From: Octopus bimaculoides
Lineage: Eukaryota
DNA length: 64,000 nucleotides
Assembly (NCBI RefSeq): GCF_001194135.2
Contig: NC_068989.1
Coordinates: 16,725,347-16,789,346 of the forward strand
Direction of reading: 5' to 3'
Position numbers and translations under genes: made by a program. Numbering within the stretch: the first letter of the stretch is position 1; every line of letters begins with the position of its first letter. Below, in pieces: positions 11,660-25,774 of this stretch. The notes beneath the pieces are model-generated. The model worked only from the letters and a program-made list of their open reading frames with translations. It did not search any database and was not told the DNA's origin.

Positions 11660-13041
11660 TAGAAAAGTTAGACAAATTTTGGGTATAGTTTCTTCTCTAA
11701 AACCATAACACAAATGAATACTTTGCTCCATAATTGTAAGTATAGAAACACATCAATATTCATGCCTCCCCATGGTATGCAAACTTGTTCAAATATATGA
11801 ACTTACTAATGAATTTTGCCAATGCAGACCATTAGATTCCTCAAACTGTTTTTATTACCCACCAAACATCAATTCTTATTTCAATGTTATTGTTTTTCCA
11901 TTTTATCTTATAACAATATTACAGTATGTGCTTTGTTTTATTACTATTATAGATATCATCAATGCAAGAGTATCATGATCGGTTTATCTCTTGAAATTGT
12001 TATTTTCTATCGCAACTATTACACTGTATACATATTTTATGACATTTGTTTGTTGAACATGCTTGCATAAATTATTGTAACTTGCAATACAATACAAAGA
12101 AAGACTTGTTATAAAATCACTATAAATTCTATTGGACTGAATGATTAATTGATCAGATGAAAGGCCAATTATAATATATTTTAAAAACAAATTAGAAAAA
12201 AGTTCTCTCCAACAAATAGCTTAAATCCTTGCTACATAAATGGTCAGTTTTTGGTGATTTTTTTTTAGCTTATTACAAGCAAAACATCAGTAATTTAACA
12301 ACTTATATTTACAGCATAGGAAGGATTTTAAAAAGGAATATTTAAAATAATTCCTGACTTGCTTGTCTGTCACATTGAAATGACACATTTTGTTTCCTGT
12401 AGCCCATGACACACAACAACAGACATCAGAAGAAATAGAAACATGACAAGAGATCTGGAGACAAGGAGACAATATTTCCAAACATTTTTTTTTTGTCTGA
12501 GGCAACACATAACATTCCATGTTAAAAGACATTTAAACACAGACAAGGTTAGATTAAAAAAACTTTCATGGCAAATAGAGTTAATAAGTTAAGAGTACAA
12601 AATTATTCTATAATCCTATAGTTTGTAGCCAAACAATTAAAGACTTATTTTCACAGGAGTGAGCTCCTTCTGTGAAAATAAGTCTTTAATTCCACTCTAA
12701 TCTGTACTCGAGAAATGATTTAGGTTCAGCAAGACAAGCTAACAAAATCACCAATTATACAGTACTCCTATTGTCTATGCTAGTGAACTTTACTCCCAAT
12801 AGTACCTACATACAACTGAGTATAGAAGATCATTGACATATTTTTGAACAATATATTACACTATGTCTATGACACTAAAACTTTTGGCTATTATAACAGC
12901 ACTGTTTTGCCATGAATACACTAGTATAGATACACTAGTAATACAATGAATATCTGAAATTGGCAACAACACGCTGAATAATTATTTTAGAAATAAACTT
13001 AACACGAGATTGTCAGAAAGCAAAGGAAATTGTTTACTCAC

Positions 13042-13133
13042 CATTTAACAACATGCTCATAGATGACACTAGGCATCACAGTAACTGTAATAGTTCGACC
13101 ACCGGCATCAATAATAGCTCCTATGTCAGCATC
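13042..13133 (-). CDS. SDCBP: Syntenin-1 coding exon 5 (end of PDZ2; DADIGAIIDAGGRTITVTVMPSVIYEHVVK)
   Basis: Acceptor aattacag|GAT and donor AAATG|gtgagt; 92 nt, phase 0/2. Confidence 0.96.
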
Positions 13134-16100
13134 CTGTAATTAAACAACAATGTCAAGTTTACAACAAAAAATAACACACATACAATCTGTAAAATAAGAT
13201 AGAATTTTTAATCCTGCATGTACAATTACTATAAAATAATACTTTTAATTACATATATATGTGTATGTGATTGTATGTGTGTGATTAAAAACATGACCTT
13301 ATTTTACAGTAATTTATTCTTTTATGAATTTCTTAGTTAAAAAAGATTATAATCATCTATATAAGCTACTGCTACACACATATCTAAGTACAATAATTGA
13401 GGAGTTGAGCTACTGACCACATGACAATAAACAGAAAAAAAAGACCCTCCTACATCATCACTGAATATAGTAAGCGATAAAAATGACATCCAGTTATGAA
13501 AACAATTTTTCGAACAAAAACATAAGTGTGAATAAAATTTTTTTTTTTTTTTACATACTAGGGGGCACTGCCTATCAGGACAGAGTCAATTACACTGACC
13601 CCAGTTATTTACTTCATTCTGTTTTTTCTGACTGCTTTTCATATATTAGCATGGGTTAGATGAGGCTTCTTGAGACAGTATTCTATGGTTTGATGCCTCT
13701 CCTGATGCCAACCTTTGTTTTTCAAATTTGGAACTTCATTCCACCTCTTCACATATCAAACCAGTGCCAGACATTTTGTTTATGTGGAAACAATGTCATC
13801 ACTGCTAAAATGGTGTCAATGCAAAGGCACAAAATATAAACATGTAACAGGCTTCTGTACAGTTTCCATCCACAAAGCAGTGATCAACCTAAGCTGCAGT
13901 AGAAGACACTTGCTCAAAGTAGTATGCAGTGGGACCAAACTTAATACCACATGGCCATAATATGAAAGATTACATTAAATGGAATAAGAATTATATGGCA
14001 AATGACTGAAAAATTTAACCATACATAATTTAGGATAGAAACATTATATGAAGATTAAACAAGAAAAAAATCCAAATCCAAATTTAACATCTTGTTCTAA
14101 GAAAGAGAATGTTTTTACAAAATAATCCGTCATAGAAATTGGATCTGGCTGGTGTAAACATAAAACAGGTAGAATATTTGGTCCAGATATGGCCAGTTTA
14201 AATGCTGAAAAGTTAAAATAGGCCCCTCATTATGATTTTTATTATTAGCAGGGTGTGTACATGAAATAGCCAAGCACAGCATTATTTCAGTTTAACACAC
14301 ACACACACACATTATATGATGCCAGTACTGCCTGACTGGCCTCCCGTGCTGGTAGCATGTATAAAACCTACTACACACTCGGAGTGGTTGGCATTAGGAA
14401 GAGCATCCAGCTGTAGAAACCTTGCCAGATCAGATTGGAGCCTGGAACAGCCTACTGGCTTGCCAGTTCTTAGTCAAACCGTCCAACCCATGCCAGCTTA
14501 GAAAACAGACGTTAAATGATGATGATGATGATGATATACTATGCAGGAATTATATTAGCTACTCAAAATAAAAGACACCTCTCATCCTTAACATTGTCAA
14601 TAAATAATCTGGAGAAACCAGATTTAAATGTAACTGGAGTCCTGAACTCATGAAGAATTGTACAAATGATGAGTTTCAAACATAAAAATAATGCATAAAT
14701 GTTTCTTGGAAATCATTTTTATTTAAAAAGATTTTTTTTTTTTTTTAATGCTATTTTTCATACTGACAACCCCTAATAAACATACAGATTGTTAAATTAA
14801 GGTTTTACAATTGAATTCATAAACTTTAATCTTTGATATGTTATTAGTCCAATCTTAAAATGGAAGGGTTACATATTTTAAAGACAGGTATGGCTTTAAA
14901 AAACAAAAGGTGTGCTAAAAGAAATACAAATGCCTGTGGCAAAGATTGGATTTATAGCCTGTTAGCTACTTTACTTCAATATTTTACTCATTTAATCACT
15001 TCATAAAAAAATTTTTTAAATGAACTTCCAATTGTAAATGAAGTCAGTTTTCCATTTCAATAGACATTTTAAGAGGCAAAAGTGTGTGTGTGTGGGAACT
15101 TGGTGTGTGTGTGTGTGTGTGTGTATACACACACACACACCAAGCCATCCAACCTATGCCAGCATGGAAAATAGATGTTAAATTATGATAGTGCCCCAGC
15201 ATGGCCACATGAAAACAACTGAGAAAAGCAAAATTGCTTGAACATGCTAAGATTAGATATACAGACATATTTATTTATTTATTTATTGCCCACAGAGGGC
15301 TAAACATAGAGGGGACAAACAAGGACAAAGGGATTAAGTCAATTACATCGACCCCAGTGTGTAACTGGTACTTATTTAATCGCCCCTGAAAGGATGAAAG
15401 GTAAAGTCAACCTCAGCGGAATTTGAACTCAGAACGTAACGGCAGACGAAACACCGCTAAACATTTTGCCTGGCATACTAATGATTCTGCTAACTCGCCA
15501 CCCTATACAGACATATTTACTGGAAGTTATATCAACTCAGTAGTGCTCTGTCTATTAAATACTGTCAAAGCTTTCAATTTGACATTTTCACTCATATTCC
15601 AGCACTTCAAATAAGTGCTATTTATCTACTGCTATTATAACCAATACATAGAGTAGTATTTTTCTTTTATATTTGTTTCTTCGTTATCTATTTATCCCTC
15701 TCCTTCTTTACTGTAAATGATCAGCCCTTTATTGTTTAACTATATACATATCTACTCTGCTGGGCTTGGTCTACCTGGTCAAAATGAGATTAAAAGTGCT
15801 ATGTATAGTAAATTACTCATGGATGTGTCAGTATTTTTGTACAAAGCAAACAGAAGGTTGGCTGTGAAAATTCTCATGAGGAAAGTGTAAGAAACAATAA
15901 CAAAGACAGAGACAATTTATTTCAAAATTTAGACTGTAGTCACACCTTTGAATGGAATGTATTTCCTCACAGCTGCTGCCTGACTAAACAACTTAATGCA
16001 GTTATGTAAACTTTAAAAAGTAAAAAAAACTATCACATGATTTTCAAAACAGGACTTTTGGCAGATTAACTAACAGCTGAAAGATTTCTGAGAAATTATT

Positions 16101-16987
16101 ATCACTAATCAAAAATCAAACGATTATATATAGTTATTTAGTTTGTTGCAAGCATCATAGCTGAAGCCAAACTGGAACATTGCCTTCAAACAGTGTTGAT
16201 AAATGACTACCTTTCAGACTGGATTTGGCTACAATTTCTACTACTTAAATGGAATTATTATGCAGAGAGAAAGATGGAAATCTTTGTGAACAAATTCTTA
16301 AAGTTAGATGATAAGAGATAAGAGAGACAGAAGCAGGCCAAGAATAAGCAAATGTTGATTTGAGAGAGTCAGGTAAGGATAGAGGCTAACAAAAAAATGA
16401 AAGGAATGCTATTAACAGAGAAAAATCATAGCTGTTGAAGTGATAGAACACTACAGGAGAAAACATACAATGTGTAATGAGCATTTATCAACTGTTTTGT
16501 ATCATAAAAAATAAATCTATTCCATAATATAATGGAAATGTCATATTTACTGATGAATTAGAATTTCATGAGAATCAGAGTTTATTAAAATTAAATGGAT
16601 AAATTTCACAATAGAAGTTATCTTTTTTGCCTTGTTTTTGATAAGGTGCTATTAGCTATTCCAATTATAATAGATTTTTATTGTAAGTATTAAATAAATT
16701 TAATTTGTATCAGAATATTACTATATGTGCAACTTATTTTCTTTTGAATCAGTTACAATTATTTCTTCCATTATAAAAGGTATTGAAATTTCTACCAATA
16801 TGATTTTGTACAAATGTTAAAGGAAATATTTGAAATTTGGATGAATAGAAGTGATGTTAATGTTTCATTTTAAACAGAACAAGGCACATAGAGAAATAAA
16901 TGAGCCATGACCTGTTAATGAAATCTTGTATTATTCTTCAATTAACAAAATTATGATTCAGAAAAATATTATTTTAGAATATCTAAC

Positions 16988-17159
16988 CTTTAACCCAACA
17001 ACATTCTGTCCATTCACTTCAATAAGTTGATGGTCAGTAAGAAGACCATTTCTAGCAGCAGATGAATCTTTCACCAGAGACTTAATCTTGCCATCCTTGT
17101 AAACAAAACCAACATAGCCACTGCTGTCTTTTTGCATAGTGACAGTTCTCTCAAATGGC
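16988..17159 (-). CDS. SDCBP: Syntenin-1 coding exon 4 (PDZ2; [57 protein letters not shown])
   Basis: Acceptor cttgtag|G and donor TTAAAG|gttaga; 172 nt, in frame with the previous exon. Contains the syntenin PDZ2 signature [13 protein letters not shown]. Confidence 0.97.
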
Positions 17160-17259
17160 CTACAAGAAAAAACACAAAAAAAAACCCCATTTCATTTTAG
17201 GCAATGAGTATAGTATATTGGTTTAAATACAAAATACTTATAATATACTATTAACTTAC

Positions 17260-17435
17260 CTGTCTCTAACAGCCATACAAATCTTTTGAGGATTGGCAGA
17301 CTTCAAATATTTATGAACTTTATCATTGTCCCAACCAGCAACTGACTGGTTGTCAATTTGAAGAATTTGATCTCCAAATCTTAAACCAGCCATAGCTGCT
17401 GGAGAACCACTCTGCACCAAAGCTACAAATACACC
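17260..17435 (-). CDS. SDCBP: Syntenin-1 coding exon 3 (PDZ1; GVFVALVQSGSPAAMAGLRFGDQILQIDNQSVAGWDNDKVHKYLKSANPQKICMAVRDR)
   Basis: Acceptor tttcag|GGT and donor GACAG|gtaagt; 176 nt. Contains the PDZ motif SPA..AGLRFGDQILQI. Confidence 0.97.
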
Positions 17436-17899
17436 CTGAAAATAATATAAAATGATATGAGAAAAACATAATCAAAAATATCTGAAGGTTATACAAAGTC
17501 ATTTAGTGAATCAATTTTAAAATATAACCATCTGTAATGTGCCTCTGACAGAATGGTTGGATGGATTTTGTTAAAATTTTTGTTCAATATGAGCTGTTGG
17601 AGATTATAACTTCTATAGATGAATGCTCCTTCTAGTGTTAAATACTCAAACACAAAAAAAAAAAAGAATGACACCTAAGAGGGAAACTGACCAATGAGTT
17701 GTTCTTAAATACAGTTAATGTAGCAGTTATAAAATACAACCAAATAGAATTGTTGGGTCAATGTTTTCCACAGTCAACATAATGACAGTAAGGTTGATAA
17801 AGGGTACCAGAATGTCATTAAAAATATAAGAATATTATTACATTAACAACATACCAAAACACCATTAAACTAAAAATTTTAGTACCTTCATTGTTCTGT

Positions 17900-18790
17900 G
17901 GAATGTTGGGTGATGGCATTAGACTAAGCTGGCCCTAACTCCATCAAAAATGGTTTCAAGCTAGTTGCAAAAGATGGGTTGGGGTATGGGGCTAAAAATT
18001 CAACTTTCTGAAGTTCACATATTGCTACATGGATGAAAAGTGACCATTATGGTACAAATATGCAGAAGAGAAGACACATCCTTGGGTGTTGTAATGAAGT
18101 TGGATCAAAGCCATGAGGAAGCCCAACCAACAATAAACTGTATCTTCAACACCAATGACAACACAAGAGTAGGCACCTGGAATGTCCACACACTAAGAGT
18201 GATGAAAGACTATTATCTGATGTAAATCAGTGAAATGAGGAGGACAGATCAAGGGTGATGTTATGTCTCACGCTACTGCTATCTAGCACCTTCAGATGAT
18301 CTCCACTCAACTGCTACTCAACATTCCTACCACAGCCATCATCATCATCATCATCATCGTTTAACGTCCGCTTTCCATGCTAGCATGGGTTGGACGATTT
18401 GACTGAGGACTGGTGGCGCCCGAAGGCTACACCAGGCTCCAATCTGATTGGCAGAGTTTCTACAGCTGGATGCCCTTCCTAACGCCAGCCACTCCGAGAG
18501 TGTAGTAGGTGCTTTTACGTGTCACCCGCACGAAGGCCAGTCAGGCGATACTGGCAACGGCCACGCTCAAAATGGTGTATTTTATGTGCCACCCGCACAA
18601 GAGCCAGTCCAGCAGCACTGGCAATGATCTCGGACTACCTCTATTTATATGTCTTAGAAGATCCTACTTCTTCGCCTGAGGGCGCCAACACAACAAGCGA
18701 GTAGATAGATGGCATGACAATACTGTCCTCTGGCAAGGAAGAGCACCACATCCGAAGGTAGGGAGCATTATGCTCAACATTAAAACACAC
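17900..18790 (+). mobile_element. RTE LINE 5' or endonuclease relic interrupted by a SINE
   Basis: Track ORF 18040-18225 contains RVGTWNVHTLR, the APE N-terminal motif. The sequence resumes after the inserted repeat at 18337-18633. Confidence 0.5.
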
Positions 18791-19420
18791 CAAATCATCA
18801 GAACAGGATTATGAAAGCCAATCTCTTATCCAATCCAGATGAAACATGTATAAACACTAAAAATAATTGAACTGAACTTCCTATCTCAGCTCAAACCTAA
18901 TGCTGAATTACTAACTAGCTTCATTTATCTATGAAGAATCTAGATTACCACACATTGACGATGTTCTACTGTGCCTGCAAACAAAACATTCTTACATATA
19001 TGAACACATCAAAACTAGATGGACATCAAGTTTAATGGAATATTTAAGATTCTGCACTGTACCTCATGTTACCAAATATTGTATTACAAAATGTGCAGTA
19101 TAGCATACAAAGTATACTGAAATTATGGCTCCCTTCAAAGCATCTAATCTCTATACAGAGCAACAAAGCTCTACATATGTAAGAGGATTGCTCAAAGACG
19201 TAATATTCCAGTGATTCATATGTAAACATCACAAAAAAATAAGAACAAAAATCATCAAAAATTAACAGCTTCTATTCATGTAGCATAAAGGATAAACAAA
19301 ATTTATCTTTCAAAAGTATAATCAAATCTTGAGAAATTAAACTGAGTGGGAGATCAACTGCATTACACAGAAACACACAAGGTACTGAAGTACTAAACAA
19401 CACAAGCTTAAACAACTTAC

Positions 19421-19732
19421 ATTGTTCACATGTCGGAGACGCAGTCCAATCTTTCCATGTTCGTCTTTGCACAACACCACTTCTCGAATACCTTGTTTTA
19501 TCTCGGCTCTTACCAAACCTTTATTGGCACCAGTTATTGGAGCTACTTGCATCTGATCACTATGTCCACGACTTAAAGCAACTTGCATATTTGCTGGTGG
19601 TGCCATATCCTGAACCAATTCAGGAGTCAATGGTAGACCCATATAATCTCCCAGAGTTGGATACAAGTGACCATGTTCAGACTGTGCAGGGTATTGTATA
19701 GCATGATTGCTGGCATAAGCAGTTTGTTGAGC
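19421..19732 (-). CDS. SDCBP: Syntenin-1 coding exon 2 (N-terminal domain and start of PDZ1; AQQTAY...LYPTLGDYMGL...RAEIKQGIREVVLCKDEHGKIGLRLRHVNN)
   Basis: Acceptor ttctag|GCT and donor AAT|gtaagt; 312 nt, 104 codons, phase 0/0. It overlaps track ORF 19337-19666 and carries the syntenin signature RAEIKQGIREV.LCKD..GKIGLRL. Confidence 0.97.
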
Positions 19733-19832
19733 CTAGAATTATAAAATGAGAATACAAATTAGTTAATGAGAAACAATCTTATAAGTGAACAACCCTATAA
19801 TTATACATATATACAAACATCAGATAGATTAG

Positions 19833-20229
19833 TTGTTGTTGTTGTTGTTCTTGGCACTCCGTCGCTTACGACGTCGAGGGTTCCAGTTGATCCGATCAAC
19901 GGAACAACCTGCTTGTGAAATTAACGTGCAAGTGGCTGAGCACTCCATAGACACGTGTAACCTTAACGTAGCTCTCGGGGATATTCAGCGTGACACAGTG
20001 TGACAAGGCTGGCCCTTTGAAATACAGGCACAGCAGAAACAGGAAGTAAGAGTGAGAGAAAGTTGTGGTGAAAGAGTACAGCAGGGTTCGCCACCATCCC
20101 CTGCTGGAGCCTCGTGGAGCTTTAGGTGTTTTCACTCAATAAACACTCACAATGCCCGGTCTGGGAATCGAAACCGCGATCCTATGACCGCGAGTCCGCT
20201 GCCCTAACCACTGGGCCATTGCGCCTCCA
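19833..20229 (-). mobile_element. Full-length tRNA-derived SINE with TSD
   Basis: Minus-strand head GTGGAGGCGCAATGGCCCAGTGGTTAGGG...GGTTTCGATTCCC (A and B boxes), an (AAC)n tail, and 12-bp TSD cagatagattag at 19821-19832 and 20230-20241. Confidence 0.9.
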
Positions 20230-21738
20230 CAGATAGATTAGTATGTACAAACAAACACACACACATCAAGTGAGGTTTGGAAATTCATCCACTATTTTCA
20301 AGCATGAGTAGTTTTAATACGAAATGATAGAGTTTACTTATTTGTGAAGGCATACTGTAAAGAGAATATACCTATTGTTCTAGTTTTATATGTATTATTA
20401 TTTTCTTAGCAGTTTTGTTGTTAAAAGTTCATATCAAAAGTATGTTTAAATAACTGTTTCTAATGTAGGTACAAGGCCTGCAACTTTGAGGAAGCGGGAG
20501 TTAGCAGATACTATTAGCTCCAGTACTTTACTGGTACTTTATTCCATTAATCTTGGAGGGATGAAAGACTAAGCTGACATCAATGGGATTTGAACTCTGA
20601 GTTGGATGAGCATTTAAATACTAAATATTAAAATTATAAACAACTTAAAATTAGATACAATAAGGAAGGGAAATTCACTGAAATTAACTGATTTCAAAGA
20701 ATCTTTTACAGTAATTGTAAAGGAGTTAAAAGTATTTGATCACTAGACAAAAAACAGTTAAATTTGCACCTTCACCTCTATCATCCACATCACATTTACA
20801 AATATAATAACAAGATGTATTTTATTATTGATTTCAGAAAGACTGAAGTCATTTGACATTGGACAAAGTGCTTTGTGGTATTTAGTTATAGTTCTTTCAT
20901 TAAGAGTTCAAATCTAGTCTGGGTCAACTGTTACTTTCCCTCCTATAAGGCCAATAAAAGTACCAGGTAATTAGTGGCATTGATAAAAATCAATAGTTCC
21001 CTCCTACAATATCAGCAGCCTTATGTCTGTGTTAGAAATAATTAATGATCTCGTATTTTTCTTTGCAGACTCGCTTAAGTAATATTAAAAGCTACAAAAC
21101 TAAAAATATTTCTATGCTGACTTTTGTCATGGATGGGGTTAGAAGCCCATTGAAAAATGAATAAGGATGATCATTGTTAAGCAGGAAAATAAGTCTAAAA
21201 ATTTAATAACGTAAAGAAGGAAAAATGTATATTAACATAGAGTCAAATTTATCTCTAATGATAAAAGAGAAAATCAGCTCACTTCCAACAACATAGCTCA
21301 TTCAAGCAGGCAAACAAATTAACTGGTTAGACATCAGCTGCTGCAGCTAACTAGGGCAATATTATGAATGTTTAGTCATGATAATGAACCTTTTATCTAT
21401 TTTTTTTTTTACCATGACATGTTTTGTTTTAACTTCACTTATCTATTTTGTTTTATTTCAATTTAGTCTGAGTGGTAATCATCCTAGCAGGTTACTACAA
21501 TTACTGTTCAACTTGAATCTCTATATCACATGTATGTACAGAAGATGTGGGTAGGAAGGGGCTTTTAAGATTTACTGATCTGAGGAAGGATTGGAAAGAG
21601 CATCTAGAATAGGATCTGTGAGGGCAGGATGTGTGACTACAAGATTTGGTTATAGATGATACACAACTAGTTATTTCCAAAAAGCAAGAACCTTTCTGGA
21701 GGATGTAAAATAAAATGTGGGAGGATACAGGCAGCATA

Positions 21739-22119
21739 TTGTTGGCACTCCATCGCTTACGACGTCGAGAGTTCCAATTGATCCGATCAACGGAACAGCC
21801 TGCTCGTGAAATTAACGTGCAAGTGGCTGAGCATTCTACAGACACGTGTACCCTTAACGTAGTTCTCGGAGATATTCATCGTGTCAGTGTGACAAGGCTG
21901 ACCCTTTGAATTACAGGCACAACAGAAACAGGAAGTAAGAGTGAGAGAAAGTTGTGGTGGAAGAGTACAGCAGGGTTCGACACCATCCCCTGCCGGAGCC
22001 TTGTGGAGATTTAGGTGTTTTCGCTCAATAAACACTCACAATGCCCGGTGTGGGAATCAAAACCGCGATCCTATGACCGCGAGTCCTCTACCCTAACCAC
22101 TGGGCCATTGCGCCTCCAC
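21739..22119 (-). mobile_element. Second copy of the same tRNA-derived SINE with TSD
   Basis: Highly similar to 19833-20229; TSD acaggcagcata at 21727-21738 and 22120-22131. Confidence 0.9.
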
Positions 22120-23049
22120 ACAGGCAGCATAATATTGTTAAGTAAAAGTATGTCTGTCGCTTCAGAAAAATAAGATATAGAGTGTATGTGTATCCACCAC
22201 CCCAGGTAAGAACTCCAATAACGGATGTACTGGAACCATATGGACTGTCAGCAACAATTCAGGTTCAATGCATTTTCTGGTCCTACTGTATTTTGTAAAA
22301 CCTTAATTACACTTAACATTTGTTTATTCCAGAGTCAAGTATTTTAATAACCAAATCAAAGTGCAGAAAAAGATATCAGCTAAAAGCAAAAAAAGACAGA
22401 GTTCATCTTCATGGTCACTGCCATTTAAAAGAATTGTCTGCACAAGATATTTAAGACAATCTAATGGTAAAAAGAAAAAATAATTTTATAAAGAAGTTTG
22501 CTCAGTTACAAGCATGATAAGGATGCCTTAACTGCTCATCACTTGAACACAATTCAACATTAAACTAATATGCAAAAGTTACTTGGTGAACTAAGTTTAT
22601 GAACAACTTGCTAGATATAGATTTACAATTCCCTACCATCTGTACGAAACTGTAAGAGAAACAATGCTGATTTTGAACAAATCTGAAAATACATCCAACT
22701 AATTACTGCCACAGTCATTTGGGTTAAGAAAACATTCCAAGAGAATTCTTTCCTTGTTTTGATAGCAACTAGAACTTCCTTAATCCTCACTATACCATCT
22801 TATCAAAGAAAAAAAAAAAAATTGAATAATATGGTCTGGAGTACACTAGTAAAATAAATGCTTTTGATTATATATATCTCATCAATCAGGGCCAACTTGG
22901 GGTCTAAATAACAATCAATAAAAACTCAGCTTCTTCAGTATCCGTTCCCAATGAGGTATTACAAACATGGAAATATAGTTATTTAAAAGTAAAATAAAAA
23001 TGTATTTCACTGACTTAATAATCATATGCACACTAATCAATTGAATGGC

Positions 23050-23618
23050 ATGGGACCTATATACACTGGAAGCTATGCTAACACTATGGAATAACAACAG
23101 AAAAAAGATGGTATAAACACACGCCAGAAAAGGTCACAGAAAACGAGAAAGCAACCATACTCTGGGATATGCCAATACACATAGATAGAGAAATTAAGGT
23201 AAATAGACCAGATATAGTTGTCAAAGATCATGAAGAAAAAAAATGCTTTCTAATTGATGTATCAATACCAGCAGATGACAACGTATCCCTAAAAGAAATG
23301 GAGAAACTTCCAAAATACAAAGACCTGGAAATAGAGGTAACTCGAATGTGGATCTAAAAACAGAAACAATTCCTATCATAGTAGGTGCCTTAGGTATAAT
23401 AAAAAAAAAATATTCAGACAAATACATAACAAAAACACCAGGACTTACAAATATATATAACATACAGAAAATTGCACTACTGGGCACTGCACACATCCTA
23501 CGCAAAACACTTTCAATACAGTAACCATAAGAGCATTACAGTAAACCACAGCACATACCCAAGGCGCACAAAGCTGTGCTCGGTAGTGAAGTGAAAGCAC
23601 GCTATAAAAATAAAACTA

Positions 23619-23663
<45 letters not shown>
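23050..23663 (+). mobile_element. 5'-truncated RLE-type non-LTR retrotransposon (R4/Dong-like) with an (AAT)n tail
   Basis: HWKLC.HYGI...KHTPEKVTENEKATILWDMPIHIDREIKVNRPDIVV...LIDVSIP...KYKDLEIEVTRMW, the PD-D endonuclease region. Frameshifted; (AAT)n at 23622-23663. Confidence 0.9.
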
Positions 23664-23664
<1 letters not shown>

Positions 23665-25774
23665 TGATTTCTCAGCAATAATCTGAATATTGCAAAAGGC
23701 AAATAATGATAAAATTACACCTGAGAGTAATTATGTGCATACATAAATCAAGGAGTTTGTAAAGAAATTACTTATATCACGTTGAAAACATTAATTAATA
23801 AATTTGAGTCTGTAGGGAACTCTGTTGTTGAATATTGGTAATATATCTGCACATGTTGTACATGGAGACCTAAGCAAGATCTTTTTTGAGGAAGACTAGC
23901 AGTTGCTTATGCACATAAGCCTTCATTCTTCATGCCACCAATGTTTATACAACTTGTGCTGATAAAGCATAGCACTAGTGGCATTACAAGCATTGCTGTC
24001 TTAACAATAGAGCCAGAACAGATGCCACAACACCATTTTACCTAACTGTCTAACATTTCTATCAACCCACTGACCTTGATTGATACTTTTTTTAAAAAAA
24101 TCAACTTTAAAAGAAAGAAAAGCAAAGATTATCCTAAAAATACTACAAATACTCTAATGATTCAATCAACAAACCACCTTTCTGAATCTGTAGAGACAAT
24201 AAAAAGAGAGCTAAACCTCATGTAAAATTTCAGATAACTGAAATTTTTCCTGGAAATTATAATAATAAACAAAAGATTTATATCAATAAAGCCATCAGAA
24301 ATTACAACACATTATTACTACATTACAAAGTGTGTTTAAATCCTATTTCAGCTCTAATTTAACCTTTCCTGTTGATTAAACAATAGACGAAAATAAATAA
24401 ATTTGCGTGGTGGTGTTAGGATTGGAAATATTTGCAATTTTAAACATTTCAAGATATTTTTCTTGTCAGACAGATAGGTCAGTTTTGAAAATCTGAATAT
24501 TTGATAAATTGTTAGAGTTTTCACAATTAAATAACAAAAATATTTATGGCTGAAGAAGGTAGCATAATAGATTTGTTTGCTTAATTTCACTTTTCAATTA
24601 TTATATAACAGTTTCTGCACATGTCTAAAATGAGGTATTAAGATTACAATTTTACAATTAATAGCACTAAAAATTATCTTAACATTGTTCTATTATAGGC
24701 ACAAGGCCCGAAGCTTTGTGGGAGGGGATTAGTCGATTACGTTGACTCCAGAATTTCACTGGTACTTAATTTATCGACCCCGAAAGGATGAAAGGCAAAG
24801 TCGACCTCGGTGGAATTTGAACTTAGAACGTAGCGACAGGATAATAATAATAATAATGGCTGAATGGTTAAGTAGTTCACTTCACAATCACAAGGTCTTG
24901 GGTTTGATTCAACTGCAGGGTATCTTGGGCAAGTGACTTTTATGATAACCTTGGGTAGATCAAAGTCTTGTGGGTTGAAGGAAACCGTTTGGAAATATAG
25001 ATGGATTGTAATTTAGAGGAACAGCTTAATCACATAGTGTCATGCTGACTGCCTGAATATTACATTACGGCTCTAAGCATCCGTGAAATGCTCCAGTATT
25101 TTCAGGCTAATTCAACGAGCAAGTTGATGGCACAAGTGCCTGAAGTTTTAACCAACAGCCATTTATTATTATTTAATGATAAAATGGTTTGTTCTTTACA
25201 AATCTATAATTATCATCCATAAATATAATGAACATTTCATATCTTAAATGAATGAGACAGGCACATATATAAACAATAACAACAGATTATTGTCACATCA
25301 CAAGATTACAACACAATCACATTTATTTATTCATTTATTTTTCTATAAGAGAATATAAAAACAAAATAATAAGCAACCATGACTAAATATACAAAATGAG
25401 TTATTAGTACAGCTGATAAAAACAAACTTCATTAACATCTTTTTTGGTTTTGTAAAATGTATTAAATCATTTAGTTGTCATTTGTCTTCAGCTGTTCACC
25501 AGTTCAATCCCAGCTTGAGCATATTTGTGTATGTGTGTGCATATTTATTATAGATATACATGGCAACTTATGATGAGCAGTTCTAAACATTTTATAGAAA
25601 ATCATAAAAGATGAAGTTATTGATCTAAAAAAATTAAAAAAATAAAAATCAAGCAATTATTGTTTAACACCAAGACAACTCTAACTGACCAGATTTATGA
25701 TCAAAGACATTCATTTCATGACCATCCTGTCTTTTCAGGCCATGTACCTCAGACAATATTATTTTAAATACTTT

